Source: Coriobacteriia bacterium
Lineage (GTDB): Bacteria; Actinomycetota; Coriobacteriia; Anaerosomatales; PALSA-660
Assembly (NCBI GenBank): GCA_025361885.1
Contig: JANYJF010000026.1
Location: forward strand, 1,762 to 65,761
Reading direction: 5' to 3'
Length of the DNA stretch: 64,000 nucleotides
In this document: in pieces, positions 55,757-64,000 of the stretch
Position numbering within the stretch: position 1 is the stretch's first letter
Layout of the letters: the number at the start of each line of letters is the position of its first letter
The notes under the pieces: model-generated
Told to the model about the DNA's origin: nothing
Seen by the model: only the letters and a program-made list of their open reading frames with translations
The model's database searches: none
Position numbers and translations under genes: made by a program

Positions 55757-57319
55757 ATGGACCGGACGCCGTTCTACATCACCACGCCGATCTACTACGT
55801 GAACTCCGTGCCGCATCTCGGAACAGCGTATACGACTATCGCGGCTGATGCGCTCGCACGATACCGTCGCATGACCGGGCACGACGTGTTCTTCCTCACC
55901 GGCCTCGACGAGCACGGCCAGAAGGTCGCACAGGCGGCCGACGAGAACGGAATGACCCCGCAGGCGTGGGTCGACTCGATCGCGCCGAAGTTCCAAGAGG
56001 CGTGGGACATGCTCGACATCACCTACGACGACTTCATCCGCACCACCGAGCCGCGTCACGAGCGCGCCAGCCAGAAGCTGATGCAGACGCTGAAGGACAA
56101 CGGCTACATCTATCAGGGCCACTACGAGGGCTGGTACTGCGTCCCCGACGAGACCTTCTACACCGAGGAACAGCTGGTCGAGGGCACGTGTCCCGGCTGC
56201 GGGCGCGACGTCCAGTTCATCCGCGAGGACAACTGGTTCTTCAAGCTCTCGGCGTTCCAAGACCGTCTGCTCGAGCTGTACCACGACAACCCGACCTTCG
56301 TGCAGCCGGACACGCGCCGCAACGAGGTCCTCTCTTTCGTCGAGGGTGGGCTGCGCGACCTGTCCGTCTCGCGCACGACGTTCACATGGGGCATCCCACT
56401 GCCGTTCGACCCCGAGCACGTCATGTACGTGTGGTTCGACGCGCTCATCAACTACATGACCGCCGTCGGTTACGGCTCCGACGATCCGGCCGATGTCGCC
56501 CGCTTCGAGCGGTTCTGGCCCGCCGACGTCCACTTCGTGGGCAAGGACATCATCCGTTTCCACTGCGTGATCTGGCCCGCGATGCTCATGGCCGCGGGTC
56601 TGCCCGTCCCGAAGCAGGTCTTCGCCCACGGCTTCCTGCTCACCAAGGGCGAGAAGATGTCGAAGTCCAAGGGGAACGCCATCACCCCGGCCTCGCTGGT
56701 GGAGCGGTTCGGCGTGGACGCCTACCGCTACTACTTCCTGCGCGACGTCCAGTTCGGTTCGGACGGCTCCATCTCGATCGAGTCGATGGTCCAGCGCTAC
56801 AACGGCGACCTCGCCAACGACTGGGGCAACCTGTGCTCGCGTCTGCTCAACATGACCGAGAAGTACTGCGAAGGCGTCGTCCCCGCACGGCCGCACGCCG
56901 CCGACGCCACGTCCGATGACGACGAGGTGCGCGCCATCGCCGAGGGCCTGCCCGCGGCGTACGAGGCGGCCATGTCGCGGTTGGACTACGTCTCCGCCCT
57001 TGAGGGCGCGTGGTCGCTCGTGAAGCGCGTCAACCGCTACATCGAGGACTCGGCTCCGTGGGGCCTCGCGAAGTCGGAGGAGACCCGACCGAGGCTCGAT
57101 GCCGTTCTGTACAACGCGCTCGAGGCCGTCCGCATCTCCGCGCTCTTCATCTCGCCGGTCATGCCGAACACCTCGGCTGACGTGTGGCGCCGTCTTGGCG
57201 TGAGTGCCGACGTGCGCGAAGTGACCGACCTGGCGGCTGCGGCGGGGTGGGGCGGACTGGCGCCAGGTTCGCAGGTGACGAAGGGAGACGCGCTCTTTCA
57301 GCGAATAGTGGAGGAGTAG
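55757..57319 (+). CDS. metG: Methionine--tRNA ligase (520 aa)
   Basis: YYVNSVPHLGTAYT (HIGH-type) and KMSKSKGN motifs. A CPGCG zinc knuckle is present. Confidence 0.95.
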   Translation: MDRTPFYITTPIYYVNSVPHLGTAYTTIAADALARYRRMTGHDVFFLTGLDEHGQKVAQAADENGMTPQAWVDSIAPKFQEAWDMLDITYDDFIRTTEPRHERASQKLMQTLKDNGYIYQGHYEGWYCVPDETFYTEEQLVEGTCPGCGRDVQFIREDNWFFKLSAFQDRLLELYHDNPTFVQPDTRRNEVLSFVEGGLRDLSVSRTTFTWGIPLPFDPEHVMYVWFDALINYMTAVGYGSDDPADVARFERFWPADVHFVGKDIIRFHCVIWPAMLMAAGLPVPKQVFAHGFLLTKGEKMSKSKGNAITPASLVERFGVDAYRYYFLRDVQFGSDGSISIESMVQRYNGDLANDWGNLCSRLLNMTEKYCEGVVPARPHAADATSDDDEVRAIAEGLPAAYEAAMSRLDYVSALEGAWSLVKRVNRYIEDSAPWGLAKSEETRPRLDAVLYNALEAVRISALFISPVMPNTSADVWRRLGVSADVREVTDLAAAAGWGGLAPGSQVTKGDALFQRIVEE

Positions 57320-57359
57320 CGAGGATCGCACGGGCACGCTGCAGGGGGAGGTACCGCTC

Positions 57360-58220
57360 ATGGCACACGACAAGCCGTTCGATCTGCCGGTTCTGGGGTC
57401 GCCGACGGCGGATACGCACGCCCACCTCGACATGTTGGACGACCCGGCGGGCGCTCTTGAGCGCGCGGCCGTGGCCGGGGTCATGTTCGTGGTCACCGTC
57501 GCCGATGTCACGGAGGCGCCACTCGGCACCTTCGACGAGCTGCCGGTATGGCTCAGCGAATGCGAGCGCCGGTTCGAGGAGTGGGACCTTCCGCAGGTCG
57601 CGCCGCCCAGCGTTCGCATCATCGTGGGGATCCACCCGCACAATGCCAAGGGCTTTACCACCGATGTCCAGCAGACGCTCCTGACGCTGGCGAAGGACCC
57701 GCGGGTCGGCGGCATCGGCGAGATAGGCCTTGACTTCCACTACGATCACTCGCCGCGCGACCACCAGCGCCGGGCTTTCGAGGCGCAGCTCGAGACCGCG
57801 CGCATCCTGGACCTCCCCGTGGCGGTCCATCTCCGCGAGGCGCACGAGGAAGGTCTCGCGATCCTGCGCAACCAGGGCATCCCGGAGGCTGGCTGCGTCA
57901 TCCACTGCTTCACCGAAGGACCCAAGACCGCCGAGCTGTTCCTCGAGCTGGGCTGCGACATCTCGTTCGCGGGACCCGTGACCTTCGCCAAGGCGGACGC
58001 CATCAGGGAAGCCGTTGCCGCCGTGCCGCTGGAGAACCTCCTGGCTGAGACCGACTCGCCGTTCATGGCGCCGGCGCCGTATCGGGGCCGTCCCAATGAG
58101 CCCGCCTGGGTGACCTTGACCATCGAGAAGATCGCGGAGATCAAGCTGACCAGCCCCGCCGAGGTCGCCGAGGCCGTCATGGCCAACGCCCGCCGTGTCT
58201 TCGGCCGGGACAGGGGATAG
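57360..58220 (+). CDS. tatD: TatD-family metal-dependent hydrolase (286 aa)
   Basis: ADTHAHLD, GEIGLDFHY and HCFTEG motifs. Confidence 0.9.
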   Translation: MAHDKPFDLPVLGSPTADTHAHLDMLDDPAGALERAAVAGVMFVVTVADVTEAPLGTFDELPVWLSECERRFEEWDLPQVAPPSVRIIVGIHPHNAKGFTTDVQQTLLTLAKDPRVGGIGEIGLDFHYDHSPRDHQRRAFEAQLETARILDLPVAVHLREAHEEGLAILRNQGIPEAGCVIHCFTEGPKTAELFLELGCDISFAGPVTFAKADAIREAVAAVPLENLLAETDSPFMAPAPYRGRPNEPAWVTLTIEKIAEIKLTSPAEVAEAVMANARRVFGRDRG

Positions 58221-58224
58221 CGAC

Positions 58225-58812
58225 GTGGTTGCCGCGCCTCCGTTCGTTCTGGGGATAGCGGGCAGTCCCCGCCGCCACGGCAACAGCGAGCAGCTCCTGG
58301 ACGCGTGTCTCGCGGGCGCCAAAGAGGCCGGGGCAGGGGTCCACAAGCTCGTCGTCGCCGACTATGGGATCGAGCCGTGTCGCGGCTGCAATGCATGCTC
58401 GCTCACCGGCGAGTGCGTGATCCGCGACAGGATGCGCGAGATCTACCCGCTGCTCGACGAGGCCGCCGCGATTGTGGTGTCCACGCCTGTGTTCTTCGCG
58501 ACGGTCCCGGCGGGACTCAAGGCGCTCTACGACCGGTGCCAGCCCTACTGGGCCCGACGACACGTCCTCAACGAGCCGGCGGCGCCGAAGCGCCGGCCGG
58601 GCGGGATCCTCGTGGTCCGCGGCGGTGGCGACCCGTACGGCTGGGAGTGCGCCGCCGCCACGACGAAGTCCGTCTTCGCTGTGCTGGAGGTGCGAAAGAC
58701 CTTCGAGGTCGTGGTGGAAGGCGTGGACTCTCCGAGCGAGCTCGGTCGGCATCCGGATGCCATCGCCAAGGCCCGCGAGGCGGGTGCCGGGATACTCGGA
58801 TCGACGCGCTGA
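58225..58812 (+). CDS. Flavodoxin-like FMN reductase / iron-sulfur flavoprotein family (195 aa)
   Basis: VLGIAGSPRRHGNSEQLL plus the compact Cys cluster CRGCNACSLTGEC and STPVFFATVP. Confidence 0.8.
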   Translation: MVAAPPFVLGIAGSPRRHGNSEQLLDACLAGAKEAGAGVHKLVVADYGIEPCRGCNACSLTGECVIRDRMREIYPLLDEAAAIVVSTPVFFATVPAGLKALYDRCQPYWARRHVLNEPAAPKRRPGGILVVRGGGDPYGWECAAATTKSVFAVLEVRKTFEVVVEGVDSPSELGRHPDAIAKAREAGAGILGSTR

Positions 58813-58851
58813 GGGCGGTCGCGGGAGGAGTTCGCGGCGTCCTGTCCGGGC

Positions 58852-58876
58852 GGTCGCCGGACCATTCGTGGCGACC
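58852..58876 (+). terminator. Weak hairpin after the flavoprotein gene
   Basis: GGTCGCC-11 nt-GGCGACC followed by TGCGGATTTGT. Confidence 0.35.
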
Positions 58877-58883
58877 TGCGGAT

Positions 58884-58912
58884 TTGTGGAGCCCCTCCAA
58901 GTCCGGTAGAAT
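58884..58912 (+). promoter_or_regulatory. Putative promoter of the RpfB/YabE-like gene
   Basis: TTGTGG, 17 nt, TAGAAT. Confidence 0.45.
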
Positions 58913-58954
58913 CTGTTCCCGTCCTGTAACCGAGATGTGAACGTTCGGGGGTCA

Positions 58955-59986
58955 ATGTTGATAGTGCCGGGTGGCCCGGCACGTCTCCGTATCCATCACT
59001 TCATCGTAGCCTCAGTCGTACTCCTGCTCATATCGTCGAGCATCACCGGATTCGTTTGGGCCAAGAAGAACGCCACCATAATCGTCGACGGCAAGCGCTC
59101 CGTTCTGGACACGCAGTCCATCGATGTAGCTGGAGTCCTCCACGAGGCTCGCGTCGCGTACGATGACGACGACCTCGTGACGCCGGCTCCCTCCGCTCGC
59201 CTTTCCGACGAAACCGTGATAGTCGTGCGCCATGCCGTCTCCGTGACGGTGCGTACCGCATCCGAGACCCGTACGGTCAATGTCGTGGGACGGACTGTCG
59301 CCGATGCTCTTGTGGCGATCGGCCTCGATCCAACCGTGGGGATGAACGTGGCTCCCGGTGTCGAAGTCAGGCTCAGGCCGGGCATGGAGATCGTGGCCAC
59401 CGACGTGTTCGTGCGCGTCGTGCAGGAAGAGGCCCCGGTCGGCTTCAACACCGTCATCAACTCCGATGTGAGTCTGGTGACGGGCGCCCGCAAGGTGCTC
59501 CAGGCCGGCGTGCAGGGCCGCATGCTTCGCGTCTACCAGGTGGCCGTCACCGGAGGCCTTGAAGGCACGCGGACGCTCAAGGTCGAGCAGGTCGTGCAGC
59601 AGCCTGTCGATGAGATCGTGGTCGTTGGCAGCAGGATGCCGGCTCCGCCGGTCATCGTGCCACCGGTCCTCCGCCCCGTCTCGTTCTCGCCAGGCGCATG
59701 GCTGAGCGCCAAGGCCAGCACCTACGGTATCGAGAACGGCCGGCTCGTCAGCGAGCATCTGGCCGGAGGCGGGATGCTCACTCGTGACGGCCTGACCGTC
59801 GCGCACAAGTCCCTGCCTTTCGGCACCAAGGTGGCATTCCTGTACAGGGGGCGCACCTGCGTGGCGACGGTCATGGACCGCGGCCCCTACATCTCCGGTC
59901 GCGAGTGGGACTTCGCGCCGGGCGTGTGCTCGGCCCTCGGCTTCAGCGGCGTCGGCACCGTCCAGTACCACATCCTCGGCAGGTAG
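58955..59986 (+). CDS. RpfB/YabE-like cell-wall protein: TM anchor, DUF348 repeats, G5 domain and a C-terminal RlpA-like double-psi beta-barrel (343 aa)
   Basis: DUF348-like repeats (IIVDGKRSVLDT..., VTVRTASETRTVNV...). G5 domain (VVQEEAPVGFNT...VVVGSR). The C-terminus AHKSLPFGTKVAFLYRGRTCVATVMDRGPYISGREWDFAPG is RlpA/DPBB-like. An alternative GTG start lies at 58937. Confidence 0.8.
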   Translation: MLIVPGGPARLRIHHFIVASVVLLLISSSITGFVWAKKNATIIVDGKRSVLDTQSIDVAGVLHEARVAYDDDDLVTPAPSARLSDETVIVVRHAVSVTVRTASETRTVNVVGRTVADALVAIGLDPTVGMNVAPGVEVRLRPGMEIVATDVFVRVVQEEAPVGFNTVINSDVSLVTGARKVLQAGVQGRMLRVYQVAVTGGLEGTRTLKVEQVVQQPVDEIVVVGSRMPAPPVIVPPVLRPVSFSPGAWLSAKASTYGIENGRLVSEHLAGGGMLTRDGLTVAHKSLPFGTKVAFLYRGRTCVATVMDRGPYISGREWDFAPGVCSALGFSGVGTVQYHILGR

Positions 59987-60027
59987 CGGCCCCGCGCCGC
60001 CGCCCCACTCCGGGATCACCCCACCTG

Positions 60028-60876
60028 ATGCCGAACTCGCCCCTCGCCAATCCTTCAGCGACCCGCGCCGTCCTCGAACGCCACGGGCTCGCACTCAAGA
60101 AGTCCCTGGGGCAGCACTTCCTGATCGACGACAACATCGTCGGACGCATCCTCGCGCTGGCGGCGCTCGACGACGCAACGCCGGTGCTGGAGATCGGCCC
60201 GGGCATCGGCACTCTGACTGCGGCCCTGTGCGGCGCCTCAGGCGCTGTGACGGCTGTCGAGCGAGATCGGGACCTCCTGCCCGCCCTGGGCGAGGTGATG
60301 GCGTCGTGCCCCTCCCTGCGGGTCGTCGAAGCTGACGCGGTCACTGTGCGCACCTCCGACCTGGAGACCGCGATCGGTCCGCCGACTGCGCTGGTGGCGA
60401 ACCTGCCCTACGGCGTGGCTGCCACGGTGGTCCTCCGCTTCTTCGAGGAGCTGCCCAGCCTTCGCAGCGCTACCGTGATGGTCCAGTCTGAGGTCGCGGA
60501 CCGCATGGCAGCCTCGCCGGGTGGCAAGGACTACGGCGCATACACGGTGAAGCTGCGCATGCTTGCACGGCCTGCGGGCCGCTTCGCTGTCCCGCGCACG
60601 TGCTTCATGCCTCCTCCGCGAGTCGATTCGGCGGTCCTGCGGCTCGAGCGGGTCGATCGCGAGGAGCCACCGGCGCTGTTGGCCGCGACCGCACGACTCG
60701 CCGAGGCCGCGTTCGCGCAGAGGCGCAAGACCCTGCGCAACTCGCTGATCGCCGCCTCGGGCCTGGGTTCCGCCCGGATAGACGCCGCGCTGAAGGCCAC
60801 CGGGACCGACGGGCGCCGGCGTGCCGAGACGCTGACCCCCGACGAGTTCGTCGCTCTGGCGACCGCGCTGGGGTGA
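60028..60876 (+). CDS. rsmA: 16S rRNA (adenine1518/1519-N6)-dimethyltransferase (282 aa)
   Basis: KKSLGQHFLID and EIGPGIGTLT SAM motif, plus ANLPYGV. Confidence 0.95.
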   Translation: MPNSPLANPSATRAVLERHGLALKKSLGQHFLIDDNIVGRILALAALDDATPVLEIGPGIGTLTAALCGASGAVTAVERDRDLLPALGEVMASCPSLRVVEADAVTVRTSDLETAIGPPTALVANLPYGVAATVVLRFFEELPSLRSATVMVQSEVADRMAASPGGKDYGAYTVKLRMLARPAGRFAVPRTCFMPPPRVDSAVLRLERVDREEPPALLAATARLAEAAFAQRRKTLRNSLIAASGLGSARIDAALKATGTDGRRRAETLTPDEFVALATALG

Positions 60877-60934
60877 GATGTGCGCCGCCGGGCGTCCGGG
60901 GGAGCGCTCGGACCCACCCGAACAGCCCTCAGCC

Positions 60935-60963
60935 TTGAGTTTGTGCTGCTCGCGGCGTATAAT
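60935..60963 (+). promoter_or_regulatory. Strong consensus-like promoter of veg
   Basis: TTGAGT, 17 nt, TATAAT (perfect -10), 24 nt upstream of the veg ATG, with a GAGGAGG RBS. Confidence 0.6.
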
Positions 60964-60987
60964 CCCGCAGGTCAGAGGAGGCGGTTC

Positions 60988-61269
60988 ATGGATGTGATCA
61001 GGCAGACCGAGGTCGTGGGTCGCATACGGAGCGACCTGCAGGCACTCATGGGAACTCGCATGCGGCTGAAGGCGAACATGGGCCGCTCCAAGATCGTAGA
61101 GCGCGAGGGTACCCTTGAAGAGACTCACCCGAGCCTGTTCGTGGTGAAGGTGGACGAGAAGCGTGAGCGGACTGCCCGGGTGTCCTACAGTTACGTCGAC
61201 ATCCTGACGGGGACGGTGGAGCTCACCCACTGCGAGAGCGGTGAGAGTGTCTTTCCCTGGCTCAACTAG
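60988..61269 (+). CDS. veg: Veg family protein (DUF1021, 93 aa)
   Basis: I..L....G.R..LKANMGRSKIVEREG.LEETHPSLFVV.......R.SYSYVDILTG.VEL pattern. Its position between ksgA and ispE matches Bacillus. Confidence 0.85.
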   Translation: MDVIRQTEVVGRIRSDLQALMGTRMRLKANMGRSKIVEREGTLEETHPSLFVVKVDEKRERTARVSYSYVDILTGTVELTHCESGESVFPWLN

Positions 61270-61312
61270 CACGTGATCCACAGATGAAGTGACACCGGGC
61301 GCGGACCTGTGA

Positions 61313-62251
61313 ATGCGGGTGCCGCGCCCGATTCGTTTCGGGAAGGCTCACCCGGCAGTGGACCCATCCAGCCATGACGTCGGCCACGCGCTGGCGAAGA
61401 TCAATCTGCACCTCGGCGTCGGCCCGTGTCGTCCCGACGGCTACCACGACGTGACCACGGTGCTCGTGACGCTCGATCTGGCCGACGTCGTCTTCGTAGA
61501 AGACTCACGCACGCTGCGTGTCGACACGGTCCCCGAACTGGACATCGCCGAGTCCTCGAACCTCGCGTACCGCGCCGCGGAGGTGCTCGGCTTGGCCGTT
61601 GGACGGATGCCGCGCGTGCGGGTGATGATCGAGAAGCGCATCCCGGCGGCCGCCGGTCTCGGCGGAGGCAGCGCGGACGCGGCAGCGGTCCTTCGTTCTC
61701 TCGCCGTCCGATGGGGACTGCGCCCTTACGATCCGGAGATCCACGACGTTGCCGCCACCATCGGCTCCGACGTGCCGTTCCTGCTGCGAGGCGGCTGCGC
61801 GCTGTTCGAGGGCCGGGGCGATGTGCCCGCCCGTCGGATGAAGCTCCCGGAGCTTCATGTCGTCCTCGTCAATCCAGGCACCCCTGTCCCCACGGCAAGC
61901 GCCTACGCGGCGTTCGACGCGCTTTCCGAAGTCGAGCGTCGCAGTCCCGACGCGCTCATCGCAGCCATCGAGGCGGGCGACCCGGCGGCGATCGCCGCCA
62001 ACCTCCACAACGACCTGACCACGGCGTCGGTCGGGCTGGTGCCCGCCATAGGTGAAGCGCTAGCATGGCTCGGGGCCCGCCCCGGAGTCCGCGGCTGCGA
62101 GATGGCCGGCAGCGGCTCGACGGTCTTCGCTATCTGCGAGACGGAGGCGGTCGCCGAGGCGGTCGCCGGGGATGCTCGGGACCGCGGTTGGTGGGCCGAA
62201 GCGTGCCGAACGGCCGAAGACGAGGGCGGACACGCCCGACAGGTTTCGTGA
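61313..62251 (+). CDS. ispE: 4-diphosphocytidyl-2-C-methyl-D-erythritol kinase
   Basis: AKINLHLGV...DGYHDV, and the GHMP motif PAAAGLGGGSADAAAVL. The true start may be downstream of 61313 because the N-terminal extension is atypical. Confidence 0.85.
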   Translation: MRVPRPIRFGKAHPAVDPSSHDVGHALAKINLHLGVGPCRPDGYHDVTTVLVTLDLADVVFVEDSRTLRVDTVPELDIAESSNLAYRAAEVLGLAVGRMPRVRVMIEKRIPAAAGLGGGSADAAAVLRSLAVRWGLRPYDPEIHDVAATIGSDVPFLLRGGCALFEGRGDVPARRMKLPELHVVLVNPGTPVPTASAYAAFDALSEVERRSPDALIAAIEAGDPAAIAANLHNDLTTASVGLVPAIGEALAWLGARPGVRGCEMAGSGSTVFAICETEAVAEAVAGDARDRGWWAEACRTAEDEGGHARQVS

Positions 62252-62273
62252 CGCTGAAGAGGTGGAGGCACGG

Positions 62274-63026
62274 GTGAAGGTCGACGCAGTCATCTTGGCG
62301 GGAGGAGAGGGCGAGGTCATCGACCCGTCCTGCCGGTTCAAGGGCCTCGCGCCCATACACGGTCGCCCGCTCGTCGAGTGGGTCCTCGACGCGTTCCACG
62401 ATGCCACCATGATCAACGAGATCGCGGTGGTGATGCCGACCGCGGAAGGACTCGGCGACTGGGTCGACAAGGCGGCGAAGCTCGTCGTTTCCGACCGCTC
62501 GTTCATGGACAACGTCCTGGCCGGTGTGGCATCGTTCCGTGCCGACCGTCCGGTGCTCATCACCACCGGCGACCTCCCGATGCTCACCGGCGCCGCGATA
62601 GACGAGTTCGTGACCGCCTCGCTCGAGAAGGGTGCGGACATCACCTACCCGCTCATCCCCAAGAGTGAGATGGAGCGGCAGTTCCCGGGCAGCGTCCGGA
62701 CGTACTTCCGCCTCAAGTCCGGGGAGTTCACGGGCGGCAACATGATGCTGATGAATCCGCTCCTGGTCCCCGCGAACCGAGACCTCGGGCAGCGCCTGTT
62801 CGACAACCGGAAGAACGCGCTGTCGACGGTCCGCGTCGCAGGCCTGCGGTTCGCGGTCAAGTTCGCTCTCGGTCAGCTCGAGCCGGCGGACATCGAGCGC
62901 AGGCTCGAGGAGCTGCTCGGCGGGACCGGCGCAGCGATCATCTTGAATCAGGCTTCGCTCGCGGTCGATGTCGACAAGCCCGCGGACGTGGTGCTCGTGG
63001 AGCGGATGCTCGCCTCGCGCGCTTAG
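62274..63026 (+). CDS. MobA-like NTP-transferase family protein (250 aa)
   Basis: VDAVILAGGEGE...L..I.GRPLV.W nucleotide-binding N-terminus. GTG start follows GGAGG. Confidence 0.7.
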   Translation: MKVDAVILAGGEGEVIDPSCRFKGLAPIHGRPLVEWVLDAFHDATMINEIAVVMPTAEGLGDWVDKAAKLVVSDRSFMDNVLAGVASFRADRPVLITTGDLPMLTGAAIDEFVTASLEKGADITYPLIPKSEMERQFPGSVRTYFRLKSGEFTGGNMMLMNPLLVPANRDLGQRLFDNRKNALSTVRVAGLRFAVKFALGQLEPADIERRLEELLGGTGAAIILNQASLAVDVDKPADVVLVERMLASRA

Positions 63027-63140
63027 ACGTCGTGACTCCGGGGCATGCAGGAGTCGGAGCGCTGGCGTCGAATCCTGATGTCAATAGGCCGGGCGCATGC
63101 CAAAGGGGCGGCACCCAGCACGGTCGCGCTTGGGGGATAC

Positions 63141-63449
63141 ATGGATATCACAAAGGTCACGCTGCGCCCTGTCGCGATGAACAAGGTCTGTGCGATCGCG
63201 AGCGTCGTCATCGACGACCAGTTCGTCGTCCACGATCTGCGGGTCGTGAACGGGGACAAGGGTCTGTTCGTCGCGATGCCATCGCGCAAGCTCCCCAACG
63301 GGGAGTTCCGCGACATCTGCCATCCGATCAACACGGACGCGCGCAACAAGATCCAGGCGGCGGTCCTGGACCAGTTCGCGCTGGACGGTGGACTAGAGGC
63401 GTTCGCCGCCGCTGCGGCCGAAGCTCCCACGGAGCAGTTCGCGGACTGA
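63141..63449 (+). CDS. spoVG: Septation protein SpoVG (102 aa)
   Basis: MDITKV.....N.V.A.ASV.IDD.FVVHDLRV..G..GLFVAMPSRK...GEFRDICHPIN...R..I pattern. Confidence 0.9.
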   Translation: MDITKVTLRPVAMNKVCAIASVVIDDQFVVHDLRVVNGDKGLFVAMPSRKLPNGEFRDICHPINTDARNKIQAAVLDQFALDGGLEAFAAAAAEAPTEQFAD

Positions 63450-63534
63450 CCCGCCCCGGGTCGTCGCACTTCAAGCCCCGCCCATCGTCGGCGCATCCCT
63501 CGCATGCCCTTTTTGGTACACTGGCCCAAGCCTT

Positions 63535-63609
63535 TGGGGCGTAGCCAAGCGGTAAGGCAGAGGACTTTGGATCCTCCATCCGCAGGTTCGAATCCTGCCG
63601 CCCCAGCCA
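63535..63609 (+). tRNA. tRNA-Gln (anticodon UUG)
   Basis: Manual cloverleaf with a U1-A72 pair: TGGGGCG/CGCCCCA, D-arm GCC-AAGCGGTAA-GGC, anticodon arm GAGGA-CTTTGGA-TCCTC, T-arm GCAGG-TTCGAAT-CCTGC, discriminator G, encoded CCA. Confidence 0.95.
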
Positions 63610-63667
63610 CGCCACGAAAAGTCGGCGACCGCGAGAGCGGACAGCCGAAGATGCCCTAAGGAGCCAG

Positions 63668-64000
63668 ATGGCCGCCGCCCTCATCCTCGCTGCGGGCGAG
63701 GGCACCCGAATGAAGTCCAGCCTTCCCAAGGTCGCCCACCGCATCTTGGGCGAGCCGATGGTGTCGCTCGTCGTCACGGCGGCCCGGCAGGCCGGATGCG
63801 ACCCGATCGTCGTGGTCACCGGCCATCACGCCGAGATCGTCGAGGAGCTGCTGCCGGGCGAGACCTGCGTGCGGCAGCAGCGGCAGCTCGGCACCGGTCA
63901 CGCGGTCAAGTGCGCCGAGGCGGCGTTCGCGGGCTTCGACGGCTCGCTCGTCGTCCTGTCCGGTGACACTCCGCTCATGCGACCGGCCACCATCGCCGGT
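63668..64000 (+). CDS. glmU: Bifunctional UDP-N-acetylglucosamine pyrophosphorylase / GlcN-1-P acetyltransferase, N-terminal part (runs off the window)
   Basis: LILAAGEGTRMKSSLPKV...QLGTGHA motifs. AAGGAG RBS. The ORF is open to the window end. Confidence 0.9.
   Translation, partial: MAAALILAAGEGTRMKSSLPKVAHRILGEPMVSLVVTAARQAGCDPIVVVTGHHAEIVEELLPGETCVRQQRQLGTGHAVKCAEAAFAGFDGSLVVLSGDTPLMRPATIAG

Noticed and set aside
58813-58954. A ydaO/c-di-AMP riboswitch upstream of the RpfB-like gene. Such riboswitches are known upstream of rpf and cell-wall hydrolase genes in Actinobacteria.
   Set aside because: There are scattered resemblances (GGUAGAAUC, CCCGUCCUGUAACC). However, the region is explained more simply as a weak terminator hairpin plus a TTGTGG-17-TAGAAT promoter, which would leave a leader of only about 35 nt. 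The pseudo-twofold ydaO fold could not be drawn.

Overview
This is a high-GC, densely coding bacterial chromosomal segment with about 66 protein genes, 3 complete tRNAs (Asp-GUC, Phe-GAA, Gln-UUG) and 1 truncated tRNA. No rRNA, CRISPR array or transposase was seen. All calls come from reading the six-frame track and the DNA by eye. Nothing was searched or computed, so family names are motif-based recognitions. Start codons were picked from RBS-like GGAGG/GGGAGG boxes and from the N-termini expected for each family. CDS coordinates include the stop codon.

Taxonomy (inference): the right third (55.7-64 kb) is a conserved housekeeping block, metG-tatD-rpfB/yabE-like-rsmA(ksgA)-veg-ispE-...-spoVG-tRNA-Gln-glmU. 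Together with AbrB, LepB, an L,D-transpeptidase and anaerobe-type enzymes (four-subunit 2-oxoacid:ferredoxin oxidoreductase, Fe-S flavoprotein, DUF362), it points to a deep-branching high-GC Gram-positive, Actinomycetota-like organism.

The left edge (1-1.9 kb) is the end of an integrated element: a tyrosine integrase plus a 47-nt tRNA-Val(UAC) 3' remnant acting as an att scar. The rest of the element lies off-window.

The middle (13-50 kb) is more accessory in character:
- three ABC exporter modules
- a stand-alone CarH-type B12-binding protein fused operonically to one of those modules
- an octaheme c-type cytochrome
- an acyl-CoA ligase + OFOR operon under an XRE-cupin regulator
- a 952-aa multicopper oxidase next to TerC
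- an FTR1 iron permease with a near-consensus promoter and repeat operator
- a Rieske + cytochrome b/subunit IV/cytochrome c fusion complex
- two sensor kinases
- a HEAT-repeat/HD-GYP gene pair sharing an N-terminal domain

I cannot point to one unambiguous novel system. The best candidates for follow-up are the B12-photoreceptor-like/ABC operon, the extracytoplasmic redox gene set, and the HEAT/HD-GYP pair.
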